From a virus (Duplodnaviria > Caudoviricetes), in IMG/VR virus record IMGVR_UViG_3300036784_000120, positions 1 through 64,000 of that record: DNA of 64,000 nucleotides; one strand, given 5' to 3'. Positions 25,805 to 35,200 of the stretch are shown here, piece after piece. The notes beneath the pieces were generated by a model. That model searched no databases, was not told the DNA's origin, and saw only the letters and a program-made list of their open reading frames with translations. Made by a program: the position numbers and the translations under genes. The number at the start of each line of letters is the position of its first letter. Within the stretch, counting starts at the first letter, position 1.

Positions 25805-28060
25805 TTACGGGCCGGCCGCCGCTATCGGCCTGAGCACCGTGTTCTCCAGCTGCAGCAGCCCCGTCAGGGACTGGTCAGCGTTCACGTACGGGGTGATCGT
25901 CGCGACCTGCGCGAAGTCATCCCACGAGTACGCGCCGGTGATGAACGTGACCGGGAACTGCGGGGTGACCTCCCCGCCGTACCCGAAGTCGGTGAGGATG
26001 AGACGGCACACGGTGCCCGCCTGGTCGGTGCCCGGGTCGATCGGTGTCCCGCCGGTGTTGAGCAGCTGCCCGTAGCTGACGGTGAACGGCCCGGCGAACG
26101 ACGCGCGCTGGTATATCCCGAGGACGGCGTTCCCGACCGCTTGCGCCGCCCCGGCCGACTGGACGCCCACGTCGGCCAGGTCAATGTAGGTTTCGATGAC
26201 GCCGTGCGCGGCGACCGACTGAGCGTTCTGCACGCTCGTGGTCGCGTATGTCGCGGTGGCGCCGGTGGTGGTGTTGTCCGCGGTCACCTCATACCGGATG
26301 AAGATCGTGTTGATGTCCCCGCCCAGTGTGCGGGCGACCGGGGTGGTGCACACCAGCAGCCGGTTCACCGCCGACGGCAGCGTGAACACCGACAGGTCGT
26401 CGCCGGGTGACCCGCCCGGCTGGCTGTTCACGTACCAGGTGAGCCCGCCGCGGGTGCAGATCAGGGTGAGCAGCGCCGTGATCGTCTGCGCCCCGGACTC
26501 GACAGCCTGCCCGTACCAGGCGCCAGCCGGGGTGCCGACCCCGGGATTCGTCCACGGCAGCCCGCGGCTGATCGCCCCGTTGATCGACTGGTCGGGCTGC
26601 GATGCGGGCCAGGTGCTCGAGTAGATCGCGAGGAAATCCTGGCCGCGGCTGCCTGCGCCGGTCGCGGTCAGCGTCCAGCCCTGCGCCGTTGGGACTGGTT
26701 CGTCCATTTTCCCTGACCACACCTGATGCCCGCCCCGGGTGATTTTCACCTTCCACCCGGGGTTGAACAGCTGGGTGCGGTACGCGGCCGGGACCATCAG
26801 GGTGGCGGTCATCTTGTCGCAGCCGCCGGGACACACGTAACCGTAACTCAAGGCGGTGACCTGCCCGAGGGTGCCGAGCCACTGCCAGGACGAGGAGCCG
26901 GGCGGCGCGACCGCGACCTGACTGGAGCCGGGCAGCGCGTAGGGGACGGCGACGCCGCCGATGCCGTTGACGAGACCGCCGGTCACCTGCGGGATGGACA
27001 GGTCCCCGATGCCGGTCAGGGCGATGGTCAGGCCGAGGCCGACGGTGACGCCGAGAGTCCCGGTCCCGGTCAGTGCCGCGGACTGCAGCCAGGTGCCGGT
27101 GATCGTGCCGCTGATGCTGCCCTCACCGTCGAGGGCCGCGGCGCCCTGCCACGTGTCGGTTGCCGTCGCGGTGAGGGTGCCGGTGCCGGACAGGACCGCG
27201 CCGGTCGTCACCCCGGCTGCGGTCAGGTCCCCGTGCCCGGACAGCGCCGCCGCCGCCGTGGTCAGCTCACGCGCGGTCATGTCGCCGTGGCCGGACAGCG
27301 ACGCGGCCCCGCCGAACGCCCCCGCGGCTGTCAGCGCGCCGGTGCCGGTCAGGGCGGCGGCCCCGGAGATGGTGGTGACCGCCGTGGGAACGCCGATCGA
27401 CCAGGTGATGTAGTCGGCGGTGGTGGACGGGGTGAAATGCCCGGGGACCTGCGATCCGGCCGACACGGCGGCATTGGAGTCCGACGCGACCGCGATACCG
27501 GACGCTGACCCGAAGTTCGCCTCACGGACCGTGGAGGCCAGCGACGGGCCGGTGCAGGTGGAGAACCCGGCTGACCCGTTGCACAGCGCACCGAGGCAGA
27601 CCAGCCACGTGCCGGCCTGCGCCGTGGTGATCGTCGGGCACGTGTCGGAGGTGGTCAGCGTCGCGGAGCTGGTGACCGCGGCCCCGTCCCACGTGGTGGA
27701 CGCCCCCCGGTACACGACCATCGTCAGGTTATAGAACAAGCTGGTGCCGGTGCTGATCGTGACGACCTTGCTCGCGTCACTCGACGTGGTGCCCGTCGTC
27801 CCGGCTGCGGACAGGTAGAACAGCGCCCCGTTGTTCTGCGAGCTCGTGCCCGCCACGTACTGGCCGGTGCCCTGCTGGCTCCAGGCTGACCCGGTGGACG
27901 CGATCGAGATGGTGGTAGACCCGGAACTGCCGGAGTAGCAGTTGGCGACCAGCAGCAGCACATCGCCGCCCTGCACGGTCGACGGGATGGTGATCGTCTT
28001 GGAGGTGACCAGCGACGACGCCGTGTTGGCGTTCGCCTGGGTTACATAGCTAACGGCCAC
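25805..28060 (-). CDS. Minor tail protein (baseplate hub/fibre-like)
   Basis: N-terminal Thr/Ser-rich domain, LSGTG repeats, C-terminal hub-like domain (VKITRGGHQVWSG). Confidence 0.7.
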   Translation of the reverse strand: MAVSYVTQANANTASSLVTSKTITIPSTVQGGDVLLLVANCYSGSSGSTTISIASTGSAWSQQGTGQYVAGTSSQNNGALFYLSAAGTTGTTSSDASKVVTISTGTSLFYNLTMVVYRGASTTWDGAAVTSSATLTTSDTCPTITTAQAGTWLVCLGALCNGSAGFSTCTGPSLASTVREANFGSASGIAVASDSNAAVSAGSQVPGHFTPSTTADYITWSIGVPTAVTTISGAAALTGTGALTAAGAFGGAASLSGHGDMTARELTTAAAALSGHGDLTAAGVTTGAVLSGTGTLTATATDTWQGAAALDGEGSISGTITGTWLQSAALTGTGTLGVTVGLGLTIALTGIGDLSIPQVTGGLVNGIGGVAVPYALPGSSQVAVAPPGSSSWQWLGTLGQVTALSYGYVCPGGCDKMTATLMVPAAYRTQLFNPGWKVKITRGGHQVWSGKMDEPVPTAQGWTLTATGAGSRGQDFLAIYSSTWPASQPDQSINGAISRGLPWTNPGVGTPAGAWYGQAVESGAQTITALLTLICTRGGLTWYVNSQPGGSPGDDLSVFTLPSAVNRLLVCTTPVARTLGGDINTIFIRYEVTADNTTTGATATYATTSVQNAQSVAAHGVIETYIDLADVGVQSAGAAQAVGNAVLGIYQRASFAGPFTVSYGQLLNTGGTPIDPGTDQAGTVCRLILTDFGYGGEVTPQFPVTFITGAYSWDDFAQVATITPYVNADQSLTGLLQLENTVLRPIAAAGP

Positions 28061-28066
28061 AGGCGG

Positions 28067-28645
28067 TCAGCTGAACCAGTTGGTGGCGCGCAACTGCCCG
28101 ATGATCGAGTTGCAGCAGTTGGTCAGCTGGCTGAGCGTCCCCGTGCCGGCGATGGTGCCGGGTGAGGTCTGCCTGGTTATGCCGGTACCCGAGAGGAAGA
28201 ACGCTCCGCCAGAGATGTTCAGCGAATCCGCTGTCGTCGCGGCGTCAACACGCAGCGGCCCGCCGGGGCCGCCGGACCCGTAGAGCGTGCCTGTGACGGC
28301 AAGGTTCCCGCAGGTGACAGGGCCGGTGAACGTCCCGCCCGAGATCGGCATCGCGCCGTTGGCCGTGGTCTGCGCGCTGTTAGCGGTGCTCTGCGCGGTG
28401 TTGGCCGTGCTCTGCGCGGTCGACACGTTGCTGTTGGTGGTGCCGAGCTGGGTCACCACCCCGTTGACCCGTGTCGTAAGAGCGCGGGTCTGGGCCGTGT
28501 TGGCGGTGCTCGCCATCGCCGAACCCCAGAAGAACACCAGCAGCGCGAGGATCACCAGGTGACCGGGCAGGAACCAGGCCACTCCCGCGGCCACGGTCAG
28601 CGCGAGCTTCTTCATCGCCGCCACCGACGGCAAGGGTCCGGTCAT
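28067..28645 (-). CDS. Tail-module protein with N-terminal hydrophobic segment and AQSTANT repeats
   Basis: GAAAGGA RBS; AQSTANT x3; MPISGGTFTG fibre-like motif. Confidence 0.6.
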   Translation of the reverse strand: MTGPLPSVAAMKKLALTVAAGVAWFLPGHLVILALLVFFWGSAMASTANTAQTRALTTRVNGVVTQLGTTNSNVSTAQSTANTAQSTANSAQTTANGAMPISGGTFTGPVTCGNLAVTGTLYGSGGPGGPLRVDAATTADSLNISGGAFFLSGTGITRQTSPGTIAGTGTLSQLTNCCNSIIGQLRATNWFS

Positions 28646-28666
28646 CGGAAATCCTTTCGCACGGAT

Positions 28667-28959
28667 ACTGCGCCGCTCGGGGCGGGGAGGAGCGCGCCCT
28701 CTCGCCGATCGGTAGGATGAACACGTCCGGTGACGGACCCGCCGCAGGGCATGCGGTGGCAGCGCGGCAAGCCTTCTAGCGCACTCAGGCACGGCGATGA
28801 CCCGCGAACCTCTTGCACACGGCTGACACCCGCAAGGGACGCCTGCTTCGCAGGGGCGGCGATACCGCGATAGCCAAGCGGTGCCGCCCCTGCACTATGC
28901 TGGCCACTGTCAGCTGTGTGCAGGGAATCCGCGCCCTTCAGGGCGATGGAGGATGTCAA
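28667..28959 (+). mobile_element. Non-autonomous IS200/IS605-type mini-element (no tnpA/tnpB)
   Basis: Right end GAAT(28925)-hairpin CGCCC-TTCA-GGGCG-GAGG-ATG-TCAA(28959) matches IS608/ISDra2 RE architecture; imperfect left hairpin 28681-28706; left boundary inferred. Confidence 0.7.
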
Positions 28960-28976
28960 CACAGGGTCCGATCGAA
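28725..28976 (+). ncRNA. TnpB-type omega RNA (reRNA) scaffold plus 17-nt guide
   Basis: -10 TAGGAT at 28713; nested stems TGCACAC.GCTGACA/TGTCAGC.GTGTGCA and GCAGGGGCGGC/GCCGCCCCTGC; ends at TCAA followed by CACAGGGTCCGATCGAA. Confidence 0.62.
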
Positions 28977-29023
28977 CTGGATATGAGTTCGATATTGGCC
29001 GCATTTCACAGGGTCCGATCGAA
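28960..29023 (+). repeat. 17-bp direct repeat CACAGGGTCCGATCGAA (28960-28976 and 29007-29023)
   Basis: Exact copies separated by 30 nt. Confidence 0.95.
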
Positions 29024-32000
29024 GTAGTAGGCCGCGAAGTAGGCGAGCGACACGTTCGGGGCGGTTGCGTCCGCGCAGTAGACGAACAGCTGGTTGTCGC
29101 CGTCGGCAGGCTCGACGAACAGGGTGCCGCCCGACATGTACGGGGTGTTGTCCATCACGCTGATCGCGTCGGGCCGGCCGGCCTGGCTGCCCATGATGCG
29201 GCCGACGGACACGTTCGGGTCGGGGGCATCCAGGAAATAGGTCAGGTAGCCGCTGCTCGGCTCGTTGATGACGACGGTCTGACCCATCGTGTCGAGGAAC
29301 AGGCAGTCGAAAAACCGATCTGACGTGTTGCTGTCTGTCACGGATACGGTGTAGTAGCCGCCTGTGTTGTCCGGTGCGACCGCTTTCGGCGGCAGCGTCA
29401 GGACCCCGGCGGTGACGATCCCGTTAGTGACCTGGTTCGGGGCGATCGAGATCGGCAGCGTGCTCACCGGGTAGCCGGGGCCGCCGGCGTACTCGTACTG
29501 GGTGACGGTGACCGTGATCGTCCTCGGGGTGCCGCTCCCCGATCCGCCGGACCACGAGGAGTTGATCAGGTACAGGGTGTAGGTGCCGGCGAAGTCAGCG
29601 TTCACGCCGGTGACCGGCTGAGGCATCGTGTACATGTGGGTGCCGTCCGGCGCGTCCGACCCGCCCCCGACCGACACCATCGGCTGGAATGTTTTCGTTG
29701 CACCGAGCGGCGGCCGGTGCACGATGAGGGTTTTGAACGCGGCCGGCGCGTACGGGGTGATCTTCAGCTGGCCGTTGCCGCCGTTGCCGCCTGTCTTGGC
29801 CGTGCCGGAGGAGTACGCGCCGCCGCCGCCGCCGCCGGGCGCTGACCCGTTCGACCCGTTGTTGCCCGCCGACCCGGCACCGGCACCGCCCGCACCGCCG
29901 CCGGTGACCGCTGCGCCGCCGGCGTTAGTCGGTGCCCCGGTGGTGGCGGGGTACTGGAGAGTGACCTGCCCGGCCGCGCCTGCACCGCTCGTGTTAGCCG
30001 AGTTGTACGTGCCGCCTCCGCCGCCGCCAGGCGCCGAGCCCGCGGTCCCGTTGCCGGACTGCGCACCCGATGACGCACCGCCGCTGCCGCCTCCGCCCGG
30101 CGCGGTACCGCCGCCCGGGCTGCTGCCCGCGTTACCCGCCGCGCTGCTGCCCGCCGACGACCCGCCGCCGCCCGCGTACGGGTAGGCGTTGCCGCCGTGG
30201 CCGCCCGCGTAGCCGGTGGTGCCCGTGCCTCCCGTGCCGCCGTTGCTCGGGCTGCCGAACGTGTTGCCCAGCCCGCGGCCGCCGGGCTGGCCGATGACCT
30301 GGTGGCCGCCGTCCCCGGTGAAACTGGACAGGGCACCGTTGTTTCCGTTCGCGCCGCCTGTGACGCCGGTGCCGCCGCCGCCGACCACGACGTTGTAGCT
30401 GTTGCCGGCGGTGACCGGGACAACGCCGATGCGTGTCTCGCCGCCGCCTCCGCCCTGCCCGTTGCCGCTGCCCGCCCCGGAACCGCCGGAGCCGCCAGCA
30501 CCCTGGACGATGGCTGTCACCTGCGTGACACCCGCCGGGCACACCCATGGTGTGGTGCCGACCGAGGTGAAAACCTGCGAGCCGGTGCCCATCGGCGTGT
30601 TGCCTGCTGAGGTGCTGCCGCCGGAGGACCCGCCGCCGCCGCCGAACGTGTTCGCGGGGTTAGCGCGGCCAGCTCCGCCGGGGTACTCGACGGAGCTCAG
30701 CGACCCGAACCCGCCGAACCCCGCAGTGGTGCCGTTCGTCGCCACCGACCCGCCGCCGTCAGCGGTGACCTGCAGCGTGCCGCCCGGCGCCGGCCCGAAC
30801 ACTGTGTCCTGCCCGCCGTTCGGGGACGCGCCCGCCGTGTCGCCGGCGCCGACAACATACGGGATGACCTGCGCGGCCGTGGCAGGGAACACGGTTTCCG
30901 CGGCGTACTCGGCGCCGCCGCCGCCCGCTCCGACCCCGGCGACGGTCATGCCCGCGCCGGCGCCGCCGCCGCCGGTCGCCTCCACTTTCAGCCACGCCGT
31001 GTTCGACGGGACCGTGTAGTTGCCGGGGCCCGCCGCAGTGATGGTGGTCGGGGTGCCCGGCACCGGGGACTGCTGGAACGACATCGACGCGGGGGCCCTG
31101 GCGGTGCCCTGCACCCCGTAAATGGTGTAAACAGCGCCGCGGACAACCGGGTTGACCTGCTGGCTGCCCGGGTAGGCGGTCAGCGCGTCAATGTAGGCGG
31201 TGACCCATGACAGGCGCCGCACCCGGTCCTGCCGGGACACGACCTCCAGGCTGTAGGAGGCCACCGACCCGTAGTTGAACGTGCTGCTGCCCTGCGGCAC
31301 ACCGATCGTGACGCGGGAGAAGACGGGGGACTGCGCCGAGTTCGCGACGGGCAGCAGCAGATGCGACCTGGAGAACGACAGCGTGTTCCCGCCCGAGTCA
31401 GTCAGGGTGATATACACGCCGGTGCCGTGGATTTTCCCGTGATATTCGAGGTTCGCGTAATACCTGCTGCCGAGCCCGAGCCACATCTGCAGCGAGGTCA
31501 TCCCGGTCAGGTTCAGCGGCGACCCGAACGACGCGCTGTAGGTCAGCGGCGTGAACTGGCCGCCGGGGTCGCCGAACCCGTCGGGGTCCCAGCAGCAGGA
31601 GGTCGGCCCGACGACACACTGGCTGGACTGGAAGCACTGCACGGAGGAGATGGTGGAGAAGTTGTCGAGCACCACCGGGGCCGGCGGCGGCGGCACCGTC
31701 GGCGTGGTGGGGACCGGTGCGGAGAAACTGACCTGCGACTGGGTGTCGGACCGGCCGTAGGGCAAAGCGGGGATGGTCAGCTGGATCTGCATCCCGATGA
31801 GCTGCTTCTCCAGCAGCGTGTTGAAGACCGGGACGGTGGGATGCGCGCGGAAACAGTCGAACACCAGCGGCAGCGGCGTGTTCCCGGGGTTCCCGGCGGT
31901 GGCGTCCCTAGTCCACACGATGGTGAAGTAGTCCTGGTCGATCGCCTGCTCGAGCAGTTCCCTGGCCGCAGCCAAAGTGCGGCGGTCCGGTGCGGTGATC

Positions 32001-32221
32001 CACACCGGCAGCTTGATGGTGCGGTTGGAGGCGCGGCGCCCGAACGGCCGTTCCCCGTCGAGCAGCAGGCTGGCTACGAAGTCGGTGGTCGGCTGCGGTG
32101 CCCCCGGGTCAGCGCCGGGCTGCAGCCGGAACATGGCACCGGGGCACAGCGGGTTGACCGACGCGACCTGACCGCCGAGCAGCTCAATAGTGTTCGCGAT
32201 GACGAGAGAGTCGAACCCCAT
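29006..32221 (-). CDS. Minor tail protein with glycine-rich domains (distal-tail position)
   Basis: Directly after tape measure; RASNRTIKLPV N-terminus; GGGGAG-rich repeats. Confidence 0.8.
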   Translation of the reverse strand: MGFDSLVIANTIELLGGQVASVNPLCPGAMFRLQPGADPGAPQPTTDFVASLLLDGERPFGRRASNRTIKLPVWITAPDRRTLAAARELLEQAIDQDYFTIVWTRDATAGNPGNTPLPLVFDCFRAHPTVPVFNTLLEKQLIGMQIQLTIPALPYGRSDTQSQVSFSAPVPTTPTVPPPPAPVVLDNFSTISSVQCFQSSQCVVGPTSCCWDPDGFGDPGGQFTPLTYSASFGSPLNLTGMTSLQMWLGLGSRYYANLEYHGKIHGTGVYITLTDSGGNTLSFSRSHLLLPVANSAQSPVFSRVTIGVPQGSSTFNYGSVASYSLEVVSRQDRVRRLSWVTAYIDALTAYPGSQQVNPVVRGAVYTIYGVQGTARAPASMSFQQSPVPGTPTTITAAGPGNYTVPSNTAWLKVEATGGGGAGAGMTVAGVGAGGGGAEYAAETVFPATAAQVIPYVVGAGDTAGASPNGGQDTVFGPAPGGTLQVTADGGGSVATNGTTAGFGGFGSLSSVEYPGGAGRANPANTFGGGGGSSGGSTSAGNTPMGTGSQVFTSVGTTPWVCPAGVTQVTAIVQGAGGSGGSGAGSGNGQGGGGGETRIGVVPVTAGNSYNVVVGGGGTGVTGGANGNNGALSSFTGDGGHQVIGQPGGRGLGNTFGSPSNGGTGGTGTTGYAGGHGGNAYPYAGGGGSSAGSSAAGNAGSSPGGGTAPGGGGSGGASSGAQSGNGTAGSAPGGGGGGTYNSANTSGAGAAGQVTLQYPATTGAPTNAGGAAVTGGGAGGAGAGSAGNNGSNGSAPGGGGGGAYSSGTAKTGGNGGNGQLKITPYAPAAFKTLIVHRPPLGATKTFQPMVSVGGGSDAPDGTHMYTMPQPVTGVNADFAGTYTLYLINSSWSGGSGSGTPRTITVTVTQYEYAGGPGYPVSTLPISIAPNQVTNGIVTAGVLTLPPKAVAPDNTGGYYTVSVTDSNTSDRFFDCLFLDTMGQTVVINEPSSGYLTYFLDAPDPNVSVGRIMGSQAGRPDAISVMDNTPYMSGGTLFVEPADGDNQLFVYCADATAPNVSLAYFAAYYFDRTL

Positions 32222-35200
32222 CTAGGCTCCCCCGCGCGGGTAGCGGCGGGCGTACGACGCGTCTGATGCGCTCGCGTTGATCACGCCGCCGACATGCCGC
32301 CCCACCCCGGCGGGGACAGCGCCGGTGACTTCGATCAGCCGGTCGAGGCGGGCCAGGATCGCCGCCGCGGACCCGTCGCTGCCCGCGGCGGGACGGCCGC
32401 CGACGGGGGTGACCATTTCGCTGCCGGCCTCGCCGAGCACGTAGCCGCGGCCGGAGTTCACGCCGTAGCCGACGACCGGCTCCGTGATCATGCCGCCCGA
32501 CCCGTACCAGTGATACTGGGCCTCATGGTTCCAGGCAGCGGCCGGCGAACCGTACCGTTGCGCGATGTAGTTGAGCATGCCGGTGATCTGGCCGGCGACC
32601 GTGTTCACGTTCCCGCCGTACGTGGCGTACTCCGCTGGCCCGTTGATGAACTGGGCCAGGCCGTAGGCGTTTGACGTTGGGTTCTTGGCGTTCGGGTTGT
32701 AGCCGGCTTCCGCCATCTCCACGGCGTTCAGCGCCGTCCACTCCGCGCCGGTCCAGCCCTTGGCGGCGGCCATCGTCTTCATCAGCGCCATGACGCTGGC
32801 CTGCGTGGCGTTCAGCGCGTAGCCGTGGACGCTGTTAATGACGGCCTTGACCGCGTTGACTACGCCGCTGGCCTTGCTGAGCCCGATGCCCAGCCCGGCC
32901 ATGATGTGCTTCCCGGCGTCGATCGCCCACTGCGGCGGGCTCTTGATGCCGAGCGCGCTGAGAATGTCGCCGGGGATGCCCTTGAAAAACGACACGACGC
33001 TGTTCCACACGGATTTCACCCCGGCCAGCAGTCCGTTGATGACCCCGGCACCCCAGCTGGTCAGCACTTTCGCGGCGCTGCCGACCGCCGAGCTGATCTG
33101 GCCGGGGATGCCCTTGAAGAAGTTGACGATGGCGCCCCACACCGACGTGATCGTGTTACGGACGCTGGTCCAGCCCGCCGACAGGACCGATTCGATGGTG
33201 GCGATGGTTGACCTGAAACTGGCCACCTCGGCGTTCCACCAGCCGGTGAAGAACGAGGCGACCGCGTTCCACGCGGTTTTGAGTGCGCCGGTGATCGCGG
33301 TCCAGGCGGCGGACAGCGCATTCTCGATGGTGGTCAGGGTGGTTTTCCACCCGGTCACCTCCGTGCTCCACCAGGTGGTGAAGAACGCGGCGACCGCGTT
33401 CCACGCGGCCTTCAGCGCGCCGGTGATCGCAGCCCAGGCACCGGTGAAGAACGTCTCCACCCCGGAGATGACGGCCATGATGTCGTGCCAGATGGTGGTC
33501 CAGTGCTGGGCGAGCTCGATCGCCGCGAGGGCGAGCAGCCCGACCGGGCCGAGCAGCGGCAGCAGGTACTTGCCGATCCCGTTGTAGATGAAGTTCCAGG
33601 CGTCCTCCGCGGCCGTCTTGATCGCGCCCCACACCGTGGACCAGTGCGTGACCAGCTCAGTGATGGCGACGGTGATCAGGGCTATCGCGATGACGATCTC
33701 GGTCCACCCGGTGGCCGCCCCGATCGCTGCCACGATGGCCTCCGCGATGGCGAACGCCTTGAACGCGGCTACCAGGCCGAGCACGCCGATCACGATGGCG
33801 TTCAGCAGGCCGGGCGGGATGGCGGTGATGATCGCGGCCAGCGCGGTGGCCAGGGCGCTCACCGCAGCGACTACGGCGGCGGTGAACACCCCGGCGAGCT
33901 GCAGCAGCAGCGGCAGGACGACCGGCAGGATCGAGGCCAGCGACTGGAGCACTTTGGTGACGAGCTGGGTGAGCGGCGGCAGCAGGGCGCCGACAGCGGA
34001 GACCAGCGCACCGACGAGCAGCCCCGACAGTTTGGCGATGAAGTCGATGACTGGCGGCAGGATGGGCATCAGGCCGTGCAGGAAAGCGTTGATCAGGCCG
34101 GCGAGGGGCTTGACGAGGCCCTCCAGGGCGTCGCCCAGGATCGCGAATACGCCGGTGTTTTCCAGCACGGTGAACACGGTGGAGATCACCTGCGCGAACT
34201 GGGCCAGGGCGGGCGCGACGGCGGTCAGAAGCTGGGCTAGCGCGCCGAACGCGGCCACCAGGTCCCCGAGCACCGCCCCGGCCAGGGACGCGAACACTTT
34301 GCCAATGATCGTCAGGAACGGCAGCAGCGCCTGGATGACCCCGGCGAACTGGGTGAATACCGGGGCCAGGGTCGCCGCGAAGATGGCGGCCAGCTTGCCT
34401 ATGATCGGCAGCAGCGCCCCGATCACGTCGAATATCGCCTTGAACAGGACCGCGCTCTGGTTGATGACCGGCGCGAACGCGGAGAACACGCCGCCGATGT
34501 CCTTGCCCAGGGTGCCGAGCACCTGCGCGAACACGTTAATAGCCGGGCCTGCCACCTTGAGCAGCGTCACGATGCCGGGCAGGATGTTCGCCACCAGTGC
34601 GCCCAGGCCGTCGATAATCGGGCGGATCAGCGGGGCAGCAGCGGCGAAGCTGGAACTGAAGGCAGGCAGGACCGTCTTGGCCAGGTCGCCCAGCCCGGAG
34701 ATGAGCGGCTGCGCCAGCACGAGCGCCGACGTGAAGAAATGCTCGATCAGCGGCGTGAGGGTGACGAACAACTGGGATGCCTGCGCCAGCGGCTTGGCGA
34801 ACCCGCTGGCAATGTCCATGCCGATCTGCTGCCACTGGTTACCGATCGCGACTTCGGACTTGTAGATGCTCTGGAGCGCCGGGGACAACTGGGCGACAGC
34901 CTGGTTGAGGCTGGCGGTCTGCGCGGCCACCGCTTTCTGCTGAGCCGGGGTGACTGCCAGCGCGGCTGCCTGCTGAATTGAGTTCTGCTGCGACACCAGG
35001 CTGGAGACGTTGGAGTTGACGGCGCTGAAGCCCGCTCCGAGCGCGCCCACGCCAGCGCCGCCGATCACGCCCGCACCGCCGGCAGCCAGCAGCGGGCCCA
35101 GGCCGCCCAGCAGGGACGCGCCTCCGACACCGATCGCGCCGGCCTTGCCCAGGAAGTTGGCCCCGAGGATGTTCGGGCCGATACCTCCGGCCAGGTTGCC

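Noticed and set aside
28780-28860. tRNA suggested by the translated VQEVRGSSP pattern
   Set aside because: No cloverleaf, no proper TTCGA T-loop or CCA; the sequence belongs to the omega-RNA-like stems
28800-28935. 6S/Ms1-like RNA (long hairpin with central bubble)
   Set aside because: Apical stem is short, and the adjacent GAAT-hairpin-TCAA end fits an IS200/IS605 right end better
28972-28992. Actinobacterial LexA box
   Set aside because: TCGAAC-N9-GTTCGA, not the N4 spacing
28960-29023. Minimal CRISPR array (repeat-30 nt spacer-repeat)
   Set aside because: Only two 17-bp copies, one is coding sequence, no cas genes; better explained as IS605 right-end flank/guide
20209-32221. Diversity-generating retroelement acting on tail genes
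   Set aside because: No reverse transcriptase and no TR/VR pair with adenine-specific mismatches seen
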